This document shows positions 9,180-19,254 of a DNA stretch of 64,000 nucleotides, one piece after another (positions within the stretch are counted from its first letter, which is position 1; each line of letters opens with the position of its first letter). The notes under the pieces are model-generated. The model was given only the letters and a program-made list of their open reading frames with translations, was not told the origin of the DNA and did no database searches. The DNA is taken from the NCBI GenBank assembly GCA_963708295.1, contig CAVPSJ010000015.1, forward strand, positions 128,001 to 192,000, given 5' to 3'. The stretch is from an uncultured delta proteobacterium (GTDB taxonomy: Bacteria > Desulfobacterota > BSN033 > UBA1163). Made by a program: the position numbers and the translations under genes.

Positions 9180-9892
9180 GGGCTCCCTTTTATTCCTGAG
9201 ATAACAGAAGCCACTCCGCCCGTCAACGGCCGGGAGCCGACATTGACGAAACCAACCTTCCTCATGATCCGCTCATAATTTTCCGAGGATGCAAAATGGA
9301 AAACCGATTCCGGGAGATAGGCGTAAGCTCCCCGATCTCCGGAGATGAAGCCTCCCACCCGCGGGAGGACTCTTTGAAAGTAGATCGGATAGAATCTTCG
9401 CATCCATCCCCTTTGGGGAAAGGTGAATTCTAAAACGATCACCTTCCCACCCTTTTTGATGACCCTCACCATCTCGGAAAGGGCCTGTTCTTTGTTCACA
9501 ATATTCCTCAAACCAAAGGCGATCATCGATGCGTCAAACGTATCGTTCCGGAAAGGGAGGGAGAGGGCGTCTCCGAGGCTCAACGTGATCGTTTGTGACA
9601 GACTTTTTTTCAAAATCTTATGCCGGGCTCTTTTAATCATGGGTTGGGAGAAGTCCAATCCGAAGACTTTCCTTCGATGACCATTCTGGCGGATGATCTC
9701 AATGGCGACATCCCCCGTTCCCGTAGCCATATCTAATATCCGACCTTCGAGCCCTTCCAACTCCTGGACCGCCCTTCTCCTCCAATAAAAATCTCTTCCC
9801 AGGCTGAGAAGATGATTGAGCAGATCGTAGGTGGGAGCAATATTGTCGAAGAGGTTTCGAATCGATTCGGGATGAAGAAAGTAAGTTTTCAT
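9176..9892 (-). CDS. ubiE: Demethylmenaquinone methyltransferase UbiE/MenG
   Basis: LFDNIAPTYDLLNHLLSLG, LDMATGTGD, AFGLRN, AYAYLPESV; start uncertain (9892 or 9928). Confidence 0.92.
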   Translation of the reverse strand: MKTYFLHPESIRNLFDNIAPTYDLLNHLLSLGRDFYWRRRAVQELEGLEGRILDMATGTGDVAIEIIRQNGHRRKVFGLDFSQPMIKRARHKILKKSLSQTITLSLGDALSLPFRNDTFDASMIAFGLRNIVNKEQALSEMVRVIKKGGKVIVLEFTFPQRGWMRRFYPIYFQRVLPRVGGFISGDRGAYAYLPESVFHFASSENYERIMRKVGFVNVGSRPLTGGVASVISGIKGSP

Positions 9893-9920
9893 CTCTGATT
9901 TCTCAAAAGGAGAACGAAGA

Positions 9921-10418
9921 TTAGGCAATTTTCATGAAGTTCTTGCCAGGAGCTCCGCAGATCGGGCAGCTTTCCGGCGGTGCCTTTTCAACGGTATTAC
10001 CGCAGACAGGACACACATAATAATCCACCCCCTCATTTTTCCCAATTTTCTCTAAGGCGGTTGAGTAAAGAGCGGCGTGAATCTTCTCTACCTCATTGGC
10101 GAAATTAAATGTCTGGAAGGCTGCGTCATCCTTCTCCGCTTTTGCAGCTTCCTTCATTTCGGGGTACATCTTTTTGAACTCATGGGTTTCGCCATTGATG
10201 GCTTCCTGAAGGTTTTCCTTCGTCGATTTGACCCCTTTCAAAACACGAAGGTGGTTGTGGGCATGGACGGTTTCGGCTTCAGCGGCCGCTCTGAACAGTT
10301 TTGCCACTTGCGAGAATCCTTCCTGATCTGCCTTCTTAGCAAAAGCGAGGTATTTTCGATTAGCCTGAGATTCTCCTGCAAACGCCTCTTTGAGATTTGC
10401 TTCTGATTTGGCTCCCAT
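9921..10418 (-). CDS. rbr: Rubrerythrin
   Basis: NLKEAFAGESQANRKY, AETVHA, EKIH, C-terminal CPVCG...CPICG rubredoxin-like site. Confidence 0.95.
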   Translation of the reverse strand: MGAKSEANLKEAFAGESQANRKYLAFAKKADQEGFSQVAKLFRAAAEAETVHAHNHLRVLKGVKSTKENLQEAINGETHEFKKMYPEMKEAAKAEKDDAAFQTFNFANEVEKIHAALYSTALEKIGKNEGVDYYVCPVCGNTVEKAPPESCPICGAPGKNFMKIA

Positions 10419-10494
10419 AGTGCCCTCCTTTCAATTTTTTAATACTAGAAATTATAGCAGAGTGGATAGGAAACAGCAATTGACCCATTCGAAC

Positions 10495-10743
10495 GGGTAG
10501 TGGGTTAGTTTCCCGCCCGCGAGAGGGGTGTCGAGGGTGGCCTGTTCCTCCTCGCGTTTCAGAAGGGCGATCGTATCTATAGGTCTGCGGGATCGTCCGT
10601 CGTGCGTTCCAATGACGGTCTCATGACTTAGGATGTGAGCAGCCGGTCAGCCAAAAGAAAGGAAGCGCCCCTGAACCGCTCCGGGGGACCAGACCCCCCT
10701 CGGCTCGGTATGGGCATTCGCGACCCAAACTGACCCACTACCC
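10495..10743. mobile_element. MITE with 17-bp terminal inverted repeats
   Basis: GGGTAGTGGGTTAGTTT ... AAACTGACCCACTACCC (16/17 match); no transposase ORF. Confidence 0.7.
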
Positions 10744-10909
10744 TTCAACGGCGTTCAGCCTCATCTCTTGCAAGTTCATTGAATGTGGGACAGGGTCCAG
10801 GCTGCGCAGGCTCTGGCGTGGAGCCCCCGATGGCGGGCTGAAGGGTTGACATCGTTCGGTAGAGTGAGTAAAATGCGTGTGTCTTTAGGAAGAAGGAAGG
10901 AAGGAAGGG

Positions 10910-11764
10910 ATGAGATTTTTAATTTCCTTTATCGTTGTGTTGGCTGTCTTCGCGCCCTCCAGTTACGGAGAGATGTATAAATGGGTAGACGAAAGAGGAA
11001 CGGTTCACTTTACCGACGATCTTTTAAACATCCCGGAGAAATATCGCGAAGAGGCAGAGACCCGAAAGCCTCCTAAAGAGACCTCGACCCCGAAACCTCA
11101 AGAAAAGCCCCAGCCCCTTCTCCCTGAAAAGGTCTCTGAACCCGAAGGGATGAGCGTTGACCTCGTGAGAAGCGGGGAAGTGTCATTCGTAGAGGTGGTT
11201 CTGAATGAGAAGATAACGCAGCATTTTATTGTGGATACAGGAGCGAGTTTTACAGTCATCAGTCGAGAAGCGGCAAACGAGTTGGGAATTACGATTGATG
11301 AAAACACCCCTTTTATCCCGATCACTACCGCCAGTTCCGTCATCTTTAATCCTCTGGTGACACTGAGGTCCTTACGGGTGGGGCAAGCAGAGGTTGAAAA
11401 TGTAGATGCCCTGGTCCATAACCTGCCGGGTCGTTCCGCGGGGCTATTGGGTAATTCCTTCCTCAGTAAATTTAAAGTGGTGCTGGATTCCATCCAGGGG
11501 AAAATGACTCTTTATTCCTTGCAAGGAACTCCGTCCCCCGATCGTCCGGGCGGGTACGGAAGGGATTTTTGGTCAAGTCAGTTTCGTCTCTATACCGGGG
11601 CTTTGGATGAGTTGAACAGGATGAAACGGAGGTACGAAGGGAAGGGAGGGGCAAGTTCTGAATTGGTTCGGATCAACAATGCCATCCGACATTTTGAAAA
11701 CCAGCTGAATGAGCTTGACCGAAGGGCCTCCCTGGCGGGAGTCCCCAGGAACTGGAGACAGTAA
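10910..11764 (+). CDS. DUF4124 + clan AA aspartic protease
   Basis: Signal peptide, MYKWVDERGTVHFTD, FIVDTGAS, GLLGNSFL. Confidence 0.9.
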   Translation: MRFLISFIVVLAVFAPSSYGEMYKWVDERGTVHFTDDLLNIPEKYREEAETRKPPKETSTPKPQEKPQPLLPEKVSEPEGMSVDLVRSGEVSFVEVVLNEKITQHFIVDTGASFTVISREAANELGITIDENTPFIPITTASSVIFNPLVTLRSLRVGQAEVENVDALVHNLPGRSAGLLGNSFLSKFKVVLDSIQGKMTLYSLQGTPSPDRPGGYGRDFWSSQFRLYTGALDELNRMKRRYEGKGGASSELVRINNAIRHFENQLNELDRRASLAGVPRNWRQ

Positions 11765-11770
11765 AAAATA

Positions 11771-11879
11771 TTGGAGTATTGGAGTACTGGGGTATTGGAG
11801 TACGGGAGTAATGGAAAACCTAGAACTCCACCACTCCATTGCTCCATTACTCCAATAATTTATCCCTCCATCACTCCAT
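11771..11879. repeat. Inverted octamer array (TGGAGTAT)n ... (TTACTCCA)n between convergent genes
   Basis: About five TGGAGTA-like units followed by ACTCCA-like units. Confidence 0.75.
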
Positions 11880-11883
11880 GCAG

Positions 11884-12438
11884 TTAGGGTGTATAGATCA
11901 CGACCAGGAGTTTGGCTTCTTCTTCGCTGACGTTACGAAGTTTGTGCGTGGTGCCTGAATTGAAGTGAAGCGTTTCCCCCTTCTTAAGAAGATTTTGAGC
12001 TTCTCCTACCCTCACCTCGACATGACCTTTCAAGACATAGAGAAATTCCTCCCCCTCATGCTTGTATTCCACCATCTTGTGATCCTGTTTGGGATCGATG
12101 GTGACGAGAAAGGCCTTCATATGTTTTGTCTCTGCCTCCGGAGTGAGGGTTTTATAGGAATAGGCCTGAGTCCTCTTGTAAAAACTTTCCCTCCTCTTTT
12201 TCTCTGAAGCCTCCTTTTCTTCGGCGGAAAGGAAAGAGCCCGAGTCAATGGCAAGAGCCTTTGCGATCTGGATCACCGCAGAGACCGGAGGGATGGCGAT
12301 TCCTTCCTCAATTTCTTTCAGATAGCGGTGGGAGAGTGCTGTTTTGTCGGCCAATTGTTCGAAGGATATCTTTCTCAATTCCCGAAGTTGCTTCATCTTG
12401 GCTCCGAAAGATTTTTCATCAACCTTTTTGGTTGCCAT
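11884..12438 (-). CDS. XRE HTH-cupin transcriptional regulator
   Basis: N-terminal HTH, cupin HEGEEFLYVLKG; GGAGGAG RBS before MATKK. Confidence 0.92.
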   Translation of the reverse strand: MATKKVDEKSFGAKMKQLRELRKISFEQLADKTALSHRYLKEIEEGIAIPPVSAVIQIAKALAIDSGSFLSAEEKEASEKKRRESFYKRTQAYSYKTLTPEAETKHMKAFLVTIDPKQDHKMVEYKHEGEEFLYVLKGHVEVRVGEAQNLLKKGETLHFNSGTTHKLRNVSEEEAKLLVVIYTP

Positions 12439-12706
12439 GACTCCTCCTCTCGCAAAAGCTTCTGTAGGGCTTATTATATTCCCAATTTTCAATTTTTCAA
12501 CCTAATTTTTCAGCGTAATGTTTAGACCTCGCCGGATCTCTTTCTCTAGGACAACCCTGATATGTCACTTCGATGCGAGTCGAAGCGATCTTCCCTTTCC
12601 TTTGATACCATCGTAGCGAATGGGAGATACGGCAGGGACAGGGACCCAGGGGCTCAGCTTCAGAATGCGGTCTGGTAGCGCAAGGGTCCTGGGCCTTTCG
12701 CAAATG

Positions 12707-12761
12707 CAATTTCTTCACGGGCTTTCAGCTCAGCAGCGGATCGTCAAGAGGTTTCCGCCCT
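12707..12761. repeat. Degenerate GTAG-REP-like repeat, copy 2, within a hairpin-rich intergenic region
   Basis: Homologous to 1241-1294; enclosed by GGGAGATACG (12622) / CGTCTCCC (to 12792). Confidence 0.55.
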
Positions 12762-12899
12762 GCCTTTGCGCAGGCGTGAAGCTTCGTCTCCCGATCCCGC
12801 CTCGGGGGATTCGCCACAGAACGGGTCGTTCCCGATGAGGTTTTTTCTCACTGAAATTTATTCTTTGGGTTGTAGCCATTTCATTATATAATAAAGTTA

Positions 12900-13169
12900 A
12901 TGGAAGCGATGGAGCAATGGGTAAAGGTGGGAACGGTCGAGAATCGATTTGAGGGCGATCGGATCTCTCAGGTTCTTCAGGAAGCCGGGATTCCATTTTT
13001 CATCAAATCGTTTCTCGATACGGCCTATGACGGGCTTTACATCCCTCAGAAAGGGTGGGGGATCGTGATGGTTTCTAAAAAAGATAAGGGAGAGGCAGAA
13101 AAACTAATTTCCGAAGTCAAGAAAACGTTCGTGAAGGAGGAAGAGGATGAAACTGGACAGCTTGGATGA
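12900..13169 (+). CDS. DUF2007-like small protein
   Basis: ENRFEG..ISQVLQEAGIPFFIKSF.DTAYDGLY..QKGWG. Confidence 0.75.
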   Translation: MEAMEQWVKVGTVENRFEGDRISQVLQEAGIPFFIKSFLDTAYDGLYIPQKGWGIVMVSKKDKGEAEKLISEVKKTFVKEEEDETGQLG

Positions 13170-13596
13170 AATTCTGAGGTTTGCTATCCGGAAAGAGGCG
13201 GATGCGGCCGCTTTCTACAAAATGGCAGCGGACCGCTCGGCCCCTGGCGTCAAAAAGACGTTTGAAGAATTGGCTGCCATGGAGGAAGGGCACAAGAAGA
13301 AACTCGAAAAATTTGATCCGAAAGAGATCGGTCGGATGAAATTGAAGGAAACGGAGGGGCTGGGGATGAGCGAGATGCTGGAGGATGTGCCTTTTAGCTC
13401 GGACATGAGCTATGCGGACCTTCTTCGTATGGCGATCAAAAATGAAGAGAAATCCCAGCGTCTTTATCTGAACACAGAAAAAATGGTGACGGAGCCGAAT
13501 TTAAGAAAATTGCTTTTAATCCTCGCCCAGGAAGAATCGACCCATAAAGAGAAACTGGAGAAGATTTACGATGAAGACATTCTGAAAGAGTTCTGA
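13147..13596 (+). CDS. Ferritin-like (rubrerythrin-family) di-iron protein
   Basis: AIRKE...FY, LAAMEEGH, AIKNE, LAQEESTH. Confidence 0.9.
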   Translation: MKLDSLDEILRFAIRKEADAAAFYKMAADRSAPGVKKTFEELAAMEEGHKKKLEKFDPKEIGRMKLKETEGLGMSEMLEDVPFSSDMSYADLLRMAIKNEEKSQRLYLNTEKMVTEPNLRKLLLILAQEESTHKEKLEKIYDEDILKEF

Positions 13597-13804
13597 AAAA
13601 AGCCTTAAATCCAGATGTCAAAATCATCCGCTAAGGCGGGACCCAAGGAATGTCAAAATCCAAGATGAATCTCCGGGCGGGACGGAGAATGGGAAAAGAT
13701 GCGACCCGGGGAGAGAAAGCAGACCCGGAAGTATTTTACCCTGGTTTTTCATCCACGATGGGCCATGCCCTCTGTGATTTTTCGATTCGAGGGGTAAGCT
13801 TCAT

Positions 13805-13915
13805 TTGACCGGAACGTGCCCCGTCCCACCAAGAGCGGGATAGGCGGGGTCAAGGGGCACAATATAAACGAAACTTCACTTCCGGGAAGCCTCGCCCTGT
13901 GGGCGGGAAGCTTCA
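13805..13915 (+). mobile_element. TTGAC...GCTTCA mini-element, copy 2
   Basis: TTGACCGGAACGTGCCCCG ... CTCGCCCTGTGGGCGGGAAGCTTCA. Confidence 0.72.
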
Positions 13916-13955
13916 GATTTAGAATTTGTCATTTGACATTGCGTTGGGAGGGTCC

Positions 13956-14342
13956 ATGATACCCGGATTGACCGGAAAATGTGAGATGGTCGTCAAAGAA
14001 GAAGATCTGGTCAGCCAACTGGGGGATATCCCTCTAAATGTCCTCTCCACGCCAAGGCTGATTCAACTTTTGGAGAACGCTGCGATTGAGGCGATCCGTG
14101 ATCATATGCCCGGGGATCAAGTGAGCCTTGGCGCAGAGATCAAGGTCAGGCACCTGTCGGCGACGCCCCTTGGCATGAAGGTCACTGCCAACGCCCTTCT
14201 AAAAGGAGTGGAAAAAAACCGGCTACACTTCCTGGTAAACGCCTACGATGAGAAGGAAAAAGTGGCAGAGGGAGAGCACGAAAGAGTTCTCGTGTCCAAG
14301 GAGCGTTTTCTTGAGAAGGTGAAGAACAAGAGCGCGGGATGA
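13956..14342 (+). CDS. Hotdog-fold thioesterase (FlK-like)
   Basis: VLSTPRLIQLLENAA, VRHLSATPLG, AEGEHER. Confidence 0.88.
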   Translation: MIPGLTGKCEMVVKEEDLVSQLGDIPLNVLSTPRLIQLLENAAIEAIRDHMPGDQVSLGAEIKVRHLSATPLGMKVTANALLKGVEKNRLHFLVNAYDEKEKVAEGEHERVLVSKERFLEKVKNKSAG

Positions 14343-14390
14343 TTCCGATTTCACGGACGGGCATGACACGTTGAACAAACCTGGGGAGCC

Positions 14391-14807
14391 ATGAGGCGCT
14401 TTGAGATCTTGGATCATACGGCGGATATCGGTATTATCGTCCATGGCGAGAACCTCAAGAGGCTTTTTGAGAATGCGGGGGAGGCTTTTTTCCGTCTCAT
14501 CACCGATTTAAGAAAGGTCAAAGGTCGGATCGAGAGGCGGGTGAATATCGGAGCAGAGAGTTTGGATCGGTTGATGGTAGATTGGCTGAGCGAACTTCTC
14601 TACCTTCACGACGTCGAGAATCTTCTCTTTAAAGGGTTCAACGTCGACTCCGTCGGGGAGGACGGCTTGAAGGCTGCTGTGAAGGGGGAGCCGTTTCAGG
14701 AGGGGGTCCATGTGATCAAGACGGAAGTGAAAGCCGTGACCTACCACCAGATAGAAGTTCGACAGGAGAAACGGGGCTGGAGAGCTCAGGTCATCTTGGA
14801 TCTTTAG
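14391..14807 (+). CDS. Archease
   Basis: FEILDHTADIGI, LFENAGEAF, DWLSELLY, EVKAVTYH, C-terminal VILDL. Confidence 0.96.
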   Translation: MRRFEILDHTADIGIIVHGENLKRLFENAGEAFFRLITDLRKVKGRIERRVNIGAESLDRLMVDWLSELLYLHDVENLLFKGFNVDSVGEDGLKAAVKGEPFQEGVHVIKTEVKAVTYHQIEVRQEKRGWRAQVILDL

Positions 14808-14915
14808 TTAGGACGGTCAAGAATATCTCCAAAGTTTTGCAAATGCAAAACTTATCCGACATCGTTGCCCGTCCTTTGCACCGGGACAATGTGCTCACTC
14901 CTTCCCTTCGGAAGG

Positions 14916-15144
14916 GAGACTGTGTCACAATGGAACGTCTGAGGGGAGAGGCAGTCGGGTTCCAAAGCTTTAGAACGCGGGTCTTTTAGGAATGGGGAAC
15001 CGTCGTTGGCTAAAAATCGAATGTGTTCATATGGTTGGCGACCCTGAATCCAAACGGTTATAAAGGTTGCCGCTCTAAATCTTCTCCACCCGACCGCCTT
15101 TCCCCTTTTTTGAAAAGCGTGTTTTCATATTGCGACACAGCCTC
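14916..15144 (+). mobile_element. MITE family A, copy 1 (AGG duplication)
   Basis: TIRs GAGACTGTGTCACAAT / ATTGCGACACAGCCTC; AGG on both flanks; nearly identical to 51018-51247. Confidence 0.9.
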
Positions 15145-15173
15145 AGGGGGGAAAGGAATAGATAGGAGTACCC

Positions 15174-16628
15174 ATGTCTGATCAAGAGAAAATCAAGATA
15201 CAGAAGATAGATGATTACCGGTGGAGAATTCCCCGGGAAGGAAAGATGAGGACCGATGGGGTGATCTATGCCGACGAGCGGTTGTTCAACGACATCCGGA
15301 AGGACCAGAGTCTGACCCAGGTCGCGAATGTCGCATGGCTTCCGGGTATCGTGGGCCATTCCCTGGCGATGCCGGATATCCATTGGGGTTATGGCTTTCC
15401 TATCGGGGGCGTGGCGGGCTTCGACATGGATGAAGGAATCGTTTCCCCCGGAGGGGTGGGTTACGACATCAATTGAGGTGTCCGTTTGATGCGCTCAGGT
15501 CTGAGCCGCACGGACGTTCAGGGAAGAATGAAGGAATTAGTGGAGGCCCTCTTCGTCAACATCCCTTCAGGCGTAGGTTCTCACCGGAAGGACCTCAAGC
15601 TGAACCGGGAGGAGGAACGGCGAGTTTTAAAAAAAGGAGCCCGGTGGGCCGTAGAAAAAGGGTTCGGCTCAGCGGAAGATCTTGACCACATCGAGGAACA
15701 CGGCCGCATCGAGGGAGGCGATCCGGACCGGGTCTCTGAAAAAGCGATGGAAAGAGGCAGAGCCCAATTGGGGACGCTGGGCTCGGGGAATCATTTCGTT
15801 GAGGTGGGGTACGTGGCGGAGGTTCTTGATGAGTCCGTCGCTCGATCGTTAGGGCTCTGGAAGGATCAGGTCACGGTGATCGTCCATACCGGTTCAAGGG
15901 GTTTGGGTCACCAGGTTTGCGATGATTACATCCGGGTCATGCTCGATGCAGCCAGGAAATACCAGATTGAACTTCCAGACCCCCAGCTCTGCTGTGCCCC
16001 TTTGTCTTCGCCGGAAGGGAAGCGGTATCTCGAGGCCATGGCCTGTGCGGCCAATTTTGCTTTCACCAATCGGCAGATGATCACCCATTGGGTGAGGGAA
16101 ACATTTGAGCAAGTATTCCGAAAGGGCCCCCGGGATCTTAAATTAGATTTGATCTATGATGTCTGCCACAATATTGCAAAGATTGAAACCCATACGGTGA
16201 ATGGAACAAAGAAAAAGCTCTGCATCCACAGGAAAGGTGCGACGAGAGCCTTTCCTCCAAACCATCCCGACCTTCCCTCGGATTACCAATCGACCGGCCA
16301 GCCCGTCCTCATCCCGGGGGATATGGGGAGATGTTCGTATGTTTTGGTGGGGACGGAAAAAGCGATGGAAGAGACCTTTGGGAGCACCTGTCATGGAGCG
16401 GGCCGGGTGATGAGCCGGCATCAGGCCGTGAAGGCAGCAAGGGGGAGAGCGATCGTCAGGGAACTGGAAGATAAAGGGATCATCGTCAAGGGTGCGAGTC
16501 AAGGGACCCTTGTGGAGGAGATCCCCGACGCCTATAAGGATGTGAATGATGTCGTGAATGTAGTCCACCGGGCCGGCATCAGTCGAAAAGTGGCAAAGCT
16601 CGTCCCCCTGGGGGTGATCAAAGGATAG
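15174..16628 (+). CDS. rtcB: RNA ligase RtcB, predicted selenoprotein (Sec at codon 101)
   Basis: Track ORFs 15174-15476 and 15486-16628 share a frame: [16 protein letters not shown]; [47 protein letters not shown] all intact. Confidence 0.93.
15480..15515 (+). promoter_or_regulatory. Putative bacterial SECIS hairpin of rtcB
   Basis: Lower stem GTCCGT/ACGGAC; upper stem GCTCA-GGTC-TGAGC; apex CAGGTCTG equals the apex of the E. coli fdhF SECIS. Confidence 0.82.
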
Positions 16629-16713
16629 TCAATAGCAAGAAAATGGAAGGTGGAACGTAGTAGCGGTAGTCAACATAAATGCCATAAGCTATATCCGAAA
16701 GGAGTAAGCCACT

Positions 16714-17739
16714 ATGAGAATTCTTGCGATAGATATCGGTGCGGGGACTCAGGATATTCTCCTTTTCGATTCGGGACAAAAGATCGAAAATTGTACCAGC
16801 CTCGTTCTTCCTACGCCGTCCAAGTTTCTTGCAGAAAAATTGAAGACGATCGAGAGTCCTGTCTATATCCATGGCGATACGATCGGAGGAGGTTCCCTGG
16901 GCGGGGCTATCCTTGACCACCTTCAAAAGGGATATGGCGTGGTGATGGAAGAGTCTGCGGCTTATTCCATTCGCAATGACCTGGATGAAGTCAAATCCAT
17001 GGGGATTGGGGTGGGAAAGAAGCCTGAGATCGATCGCATCCAGGAGTTGGAGATACGAGAAATCGATCTCGTTCTGTTTGAAAGGTTCCTGATCCATTTC
17101 GGACAGAACCTTCAGGTGGACGTGATTGCGATTGCTGTTCAGGACCATGGCGTTTCCCCTAAAGAAGTTCCGGACCGAGCCTTCCGTTTTGAGAATATGG
17201 AGAGGATGCTCCGAAGAGATAACCGACCCGAGACGTTTCATTTCTTAGAGGACTCGATCCCGGACCATCATCTTAGGATGAAATCAGCCGCAGCCGCGGT
17301 GAAGAGATCTTTCTCGGTTCCAGTGCTGGTCATGGATACAGCGTTCTCGGCCATTTTAGGCTGCCTCGAAGAGACCAGCGGCCCTTCCCTGATCGTCAAT
17401 GTGGGGAACAGTCATACGATTGCCGCGTTGATCATGGAGAGAAAAATCGAAGGCCTCTATGAGCACCATACCCATGAACTGACTCCTGAAAAAATGGAGG
17501 ACGATCTGCGGCTCTTCGCCCGGGGAGAGCTGGAGGGGGAAAAGGTTTTCAAGGAAAACGGCCACGGGGCTGTCACCCTGAAGCCACTCCCTGGAGTATT
17601 TCCAGTGATCGTCACCGGTCCCAACCGCGATCTTTTCAGAAAGACGTCTTTCCCATTCACCTATGCGGCTCCGGGCGGAAATACGATGATGACAGGACCG
17701 ATGGGTTTGGTCAGGGCGGCGCAATACCGATTCGGGTGA
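16714..17739 (+). CDS. DUF1786 family protein
   Basis: ILAIDIGAGTQDILLFD, AVQDHG, VNVGNSHT, EHHT, APGGNTMMTG; actin-like fold motifs. Confidence 0.85.
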   Translation: MRILAIDIGAGTQDILLFDSGQKIENCTSLVLPTPSKFLAEKLKTIESPVYIHGDTIGGGSLGGAILDHLQKGYGVVMEESAAYSIRNDLDEVKSMGIGVGKKPEIDRIQELEIREIDLVLFERFLIHFGQNLQVDVIAIAVQDHGVSPKEVPDRAFRFENMERMLRRDNRPETFHFLEDSIPDHHLRMKSAAAAVKRSFSVPVLVMDTAFSAILGCLEETSGPSLIVNVGNSHTIAALIMERKIEGLYEHHTHELTPEKMEDDLRLFARGELEGEKVFKENGHGAVTLKPLPGVFPVIVTGPNRDLFRKTSFPFTYAAPGGNTMMTGPMGLVRAAQYRFG

Positions 17740-17776
17740 AATGGTTTCGAGTTTTAAACCATTCCTCCCCCTCTGG

Positions 17777-17903
17777 GAGACTGTGTCACGATGGGACGTC
17801 TGAGGGGAGAGGCAGTCGGGTTCCAAAGCTTTAGAACGCGGCTTCTCCACCCGACCGCCCCCCCTTTTTTGAAAAGCGTGTTTTCATATTGCGACACAGC
17901 CTC
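17777..17903 (+). mobile_element. MITE family A, copy 2 (internally deleted, TGG duplication)
   Basis: Both TIRs present, about 100 bp of the interior missing, TGG on both flanks. Confidence 0.88.
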
Positions 17904-17945
17904 TGGACGGGGGAGGGTGAGGTAGAGGGAGAGGGAGGGGACAGG

Positions 17946-18452
17946 ATGGAAACGATTTACTATTCTTGTTTTAATTCGCGCCTCTTAAAAAAGGTCTTTG
18001 TGGCCTCTACGGAGAGGGGGCTCTGTTTTGTGGATTTTGTCAGAACGGAGAAGGCCTTTATGAAAAGACTGAGGGAGAGGTTTCCCGGAAGGATTGTGAG
18101 GGATGATCGAAAGAATAGGAATGTCCTGAATCAACTCAAGAGATACTTAAGAGGTGAGCTCCGGCGTTTTGATTGTAAGCTGGATTTCAGAGGGACCCCA
18201 TTTCAGAAAAAGGTCTGGTCGGCGCTGGCAAAGATTCCCTACGGCCGAACCCGATCCTACGCAGACATTGCACGGGCGATTGGCCACCCCAGGGCCTTCC
18301 GAGCCGTCGGAAGTGCCAATGGCCGAAACTCCATTCCGTTGATCATCCCCTGCCACAGGGTGATCGCGAGCGATGGAGGGATGGGTGGATTTGGTCATGG
18401 GATCAAGGTAAAAAGACAGTTACTGGATTTCGAAAAGACCCATGAAATTTGA
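17946..18452 (+). CDS. ogt: Methylated-DNA--protein-cysteine methyltransferase
   Basis: GTPFQKKVW, IPYG, RAVGSANGRN, active-site PCHRV. Confidence 0.95.
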   Translation: METIYYSCFNSRLLKKVFVASTERGLCFVDFVRTEKAFMKRLRERFPGRIVRDDRKNRNVLNQLKRYLRGELRRFDCKLDFRGTPFQKKVWSALAKIPYGRTRSYADIARAIGHPRAFRAVGSANGRNSIPLIIPCHRVIASDGGMGGFGHGIKVKRQLLDFEKTHEI

Positions 18453-19254
18453 GGCATTCATTAAAGAAGCAGCTTCCCTTCTTGACCTTCAATGGCGGCG
18501 GTTTGAAAGAGGAGGGATCAAACGAAAAGTTGAACGTCGGATTGCTGAGCTCGGCCTCTCTCATCTTGAAACGTACCTGGCAAAAATCAAGCAAGATCCT
18601 GAAGAGAAAAGCCACCTGTCCCATATTCTTACGATTACCATTACGAGATTCTTCAGGGACAGGAGGGTTTTCGACATCCTCGAGAATTCTATCCTCCCTT
18701 CGATGATTGACGACAAAGTCGCGGGCGATTTCAAAATATGGTCGATAGGCTGCGCCAATGGTGAAGAACCTTACAGCCTTTCAATGTTGTGGAAAGAGAG
18801 ACTCGAAAAAAGATTCCCCCGGATTCGTCTTACCGTCTTAGCTACAGATATTATTCAGGGCCTTCTTGAGAGGGCAAAGGGGGGGAGATATAAGAAAAGC
18901 AGTTTAAAGGAAGTCCCGGAGGAAATCCTCCGAAGATTCTTTGAGATAGACAATGGATTCTATATTCTTGACCGATCCGTTCGGGAAGGCGTGGAGTTTA
19001 AGAAGCATGACATCGCCCATGAAGAGCCGTTTTCCGGAATCGACGTTATTCTTTGTCGAAATTTGGCTTTTACCTACTTTTCGAAGGAATGCCAGATGAG
19101 GGTGCTGAAAAAGATAACCCCCAGTTTGAAAGAAAACGGGTATCTCATTATCGGAATGAATGAATCCCTTCCTCTGACCTATCCCACTCTGTTTGTGCCG
19201 GTTTTCGCTACAGAAAGAATATATCAAAAATTCAGTCCGCCATCCGGAAACTGA
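18442..19254 (+). CDS. CheR-family methyltransferase
   Basis: ITITRFFRD, IWSIGCANGEEPYS, ATDI, ILCRNLAFTYF. Confidence 0.92.
   Translation: MKFEAFIKEAASLLDLQWRRFERGGIKRKVERRIAELGLSHLETYLAKIKQDPEEKSHLSHILTITITRFFRDRRVFDILENSILPSMIDDKVAGDFKIWSIGCANGEEPYSLSMLWKERLEKRFPRIRLTVLATDIIQGLLERAKGGRYKKSSLKEVPEEILRRFFEIDNGFYILDRSVREGVEFKKHDIAHEEPFSGIDVILCRNLAFTYFSKECQMRVLKKITPSLKENGYLIIGMNESLPLTYPTLFVPVFATERIYQKFSPPSGN

Noticed and set aside
11771-11879. Short repeat arrays as CRISPR
   Set aside because: Units are 6-8 nt, tandem, without unique spacers, and no cas genes are present.
12622-12792. 6S RNA or c-di-GMP riboswitch
   Set aside because: No recognisable consensus, and the core is repeated at 1241-1294 and looks REP-like.
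15174-16628. rtcB as a nonsense pseudogene or intein/intron-split gene
   Set aside because: Both halves are in frame with no insertion, the TGA is at the conserved Cys, and a SECIS-like hairpin follows.
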